A stretch of DNA of 64,000 bases from Malacoraja senta. Its lineage: Eukaryota. Location: NCBI GenBank assembly GCA_038087875.1, contig CM075993.1, positions 6,760,001 to 6,824,000 on the forward strand. The letters run 5' to 3'. Under the pieces are notes generated by a model. The model had not been told where the DNA came from. It was given only the letters and a program-made list of their open reading frames with translations, and made no database searches. A program made the position numbers and the translations under genes. Of the stretch, positions 62,071 through 64,000 are shown one piece after another; position 1 is the first letter of the stretch; the number at the start of each line of letters is the position of its first letter.

Positions 62071-63789
62071 AGAGGGCAGTGGAGGCCAAATCACTGGATG
62101 GATTTAAGAGAGAGTTAGATAGAGCTCTAGGGGCTAGTGGAATCAAGGGATATGGGGAGAAGGCAGGCACGGGTTATTGATAGGGGACGATCAGCCATGA
62201 TCACAATGATCACAATGAATGGCGGTGCTGGCTCGAAGGGCTGAATGGCCTCCTCCTGCACCTATTTTCTATGTTTCTATGTTTCTATTTGTTATTTGAC
62301 CCAGAGTGTCTCCAGATCCATTAGACTATGATCCATTTTGCTTCATCATCAACCATTCACTGCACACTTTGGAGATCCAGTGCGGATACAGGGTCTTCGG
62401 CCCGTCAAATCTGTTCCGACCAGCAATCCTCCCGTTCACTGGCACTACCCTATGCAGTAAGAACAATTTACAGTTTTACCGGAGCCAATTAACCTTCAGA
62501 CCTGCATGCCTTAGGAGTGTGGGGGGGAAACCGGGGCACCCGGAGATAACCCACGCAGTCACGGGGAGAACGTACAAACTCCGTACAGACAACAGCCGTG
62601 GTCAGGATCAAACCTGGGCCTCTGGCACTGCGAGTGGGCTACTCTACCGCTGCGCCACCGTGCCGCCTTCTTTTCGACTATGTTTCGGATTAAATAAACG
62701 CACCTCATCTCCCACTGCTTCTGCCCTGAATTAACTTCCCCAACAATGAACATTGCGATGCCTCACCAATCTTAACCCTGTGAAGGTTCTGATGAAGCTT
62801 ATTTAAACGACACTTTTGCTTTTCTATAGTGGCCATCACTTATAATCATAAACTTACATCTCATCCAACCCACATAATGCCATTAACATTCTCCAAATTG
62901 TCCAAAGAGTAATGAGATTAATTTGGCCCAGTTTAGTTTAGTTTATTGTCACGTGTACGGAGGTACAGTGAAAAGCTTTTTGTTGTCTGCTAACCAGTCA
63001 GTGAAAAGACTGTACATGACTGCAATCCAGTCGTCCACCGTGTACAGATACAGGATAAATGGTATTTAGTGCAAGATGAAGTCCAATTAAAGATAGTTTG
63101 AAGGTCTCCAATGAGGTAGATGAGGTACAATGAAGACTGCACTCTGAGAGAACGGTTCAGTTGCCTGATAATAACTTGGAAGAAACTATCCCTGAATCTG
63201 GAGGCGTGCGTTTTCACATTTCTGTGCCTTTAACATTAGTAAATTAAACAACATTCGATGATGTTCACAATTTGAGGGCAGCAGGCCCGGGTTCAATCCT
63301 GACCTCAGCTGCTGACTTTGTGGAGTCTGCATGTTCTCCTTGTGACTGTGTGGGTTTCCTCTGGGTTCTCTGGTCTCCTCCCACATCTCAAAGACAAGCG
63401 GGATTGTGGGTTTAATTGTCCCTCTGTACATTGCTCCTGGTGTGAAGGGAGTGGGTGGGGAAAGTGAGATGACGTAGAACTAGTGTGAACGGGTCATCCA
63501 CGCTCGGCATGGACTCTCTGGGCCAGTTTCCGTGCTGTATCTCTAAGCTAAGATTTCAACTTTCTTTCAATGACTGTTGACCCTATAGCTGTTCCAGTCC
63601 TTCTTAATCCACTAAGGCTGATTCTATACTCAGCCGAGCTTGTGGTAGATGGCTGTAAATGAATGAGTTCTTGCCTCCGAGGCTCATTTGTGCCCCTTGT
63701 CCTCTCCGAAGCTGCATAAATTAAGGAAAATCTTGGTAAGGTGCAGCTTTGCCTGGGTCTGCCCGGAACTCTAGTTACAGAGATGACAG

Positions 63790-64000
63790 AAAGCTACAAT
63801 TAACTCGTTATCACCTAGCCCACAGCCAACAATGGAGCATTGTGGGCTCCACATTTTCTTGATTTTCATTGCTTTCTGCAAATCGTCCATTCATTATCCT
63901 GCGTACTGACCATATCTCTCGTTCCCCTGACTCTGAGTCTGAAGAAGGGTCTCCACCCGAAATGTCACCTATTCCTTCTCTCCAGAGATACTGCCTGTCC
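63790..64000 (+). mobile_element. Penelope 3' region and pLTR, truncated by the window edge
   Basis: cccacagccaacaatgg...ctgaagaagggtctccacccgaaatgtcacc. Confidence 0.75.

Overview
Repeat-dense vertebrate genomic DNA, very likely from a cartilaginous fish (skate or ray). This is inferred from about 30 HE1/V-SINE copies, HER1-type CR1 LINEs and about 50 Penelope terminal-repeat fragments. There is one 200-N gap at 41021-41220. Two host genes lie head-to-head. On the minus strand is the first coding exon of alpha-kinase 3 (ALPK3-like, ATG at 5113, running off the left edge). On the plus strand is a MALT1-family paracaspase, recognised by a 122-bp Ig1 exon (58823-58944), with two candidate phase-compatible short first exons (29177-29219, 46340-46397) and no visible death-domain exons. 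This mirrors the mammalian ALPK2-MALT1 arrangement and points to a non-mammalian paracaspase paralog (PCASP2-like). The repeats carry unusual structure. (i) A ~125-bp retroelement with 12-bp TSDs has a 5' end that folds as an HDV-like ribozyme. (ii) Penelope pLTRs carry a minimal hammerhead motif and insert as hairpin units with TSDs. (iii) A set of MITEs with TWA flanks have dissimilar interiors but share TIRs and an internal palindrome. (iv) A teleost-like L2 LINE is a horizontal-transfer candidate. All identifications are by eye from recalled family motifs; no searches were run, and repeat boundaries are approximate.
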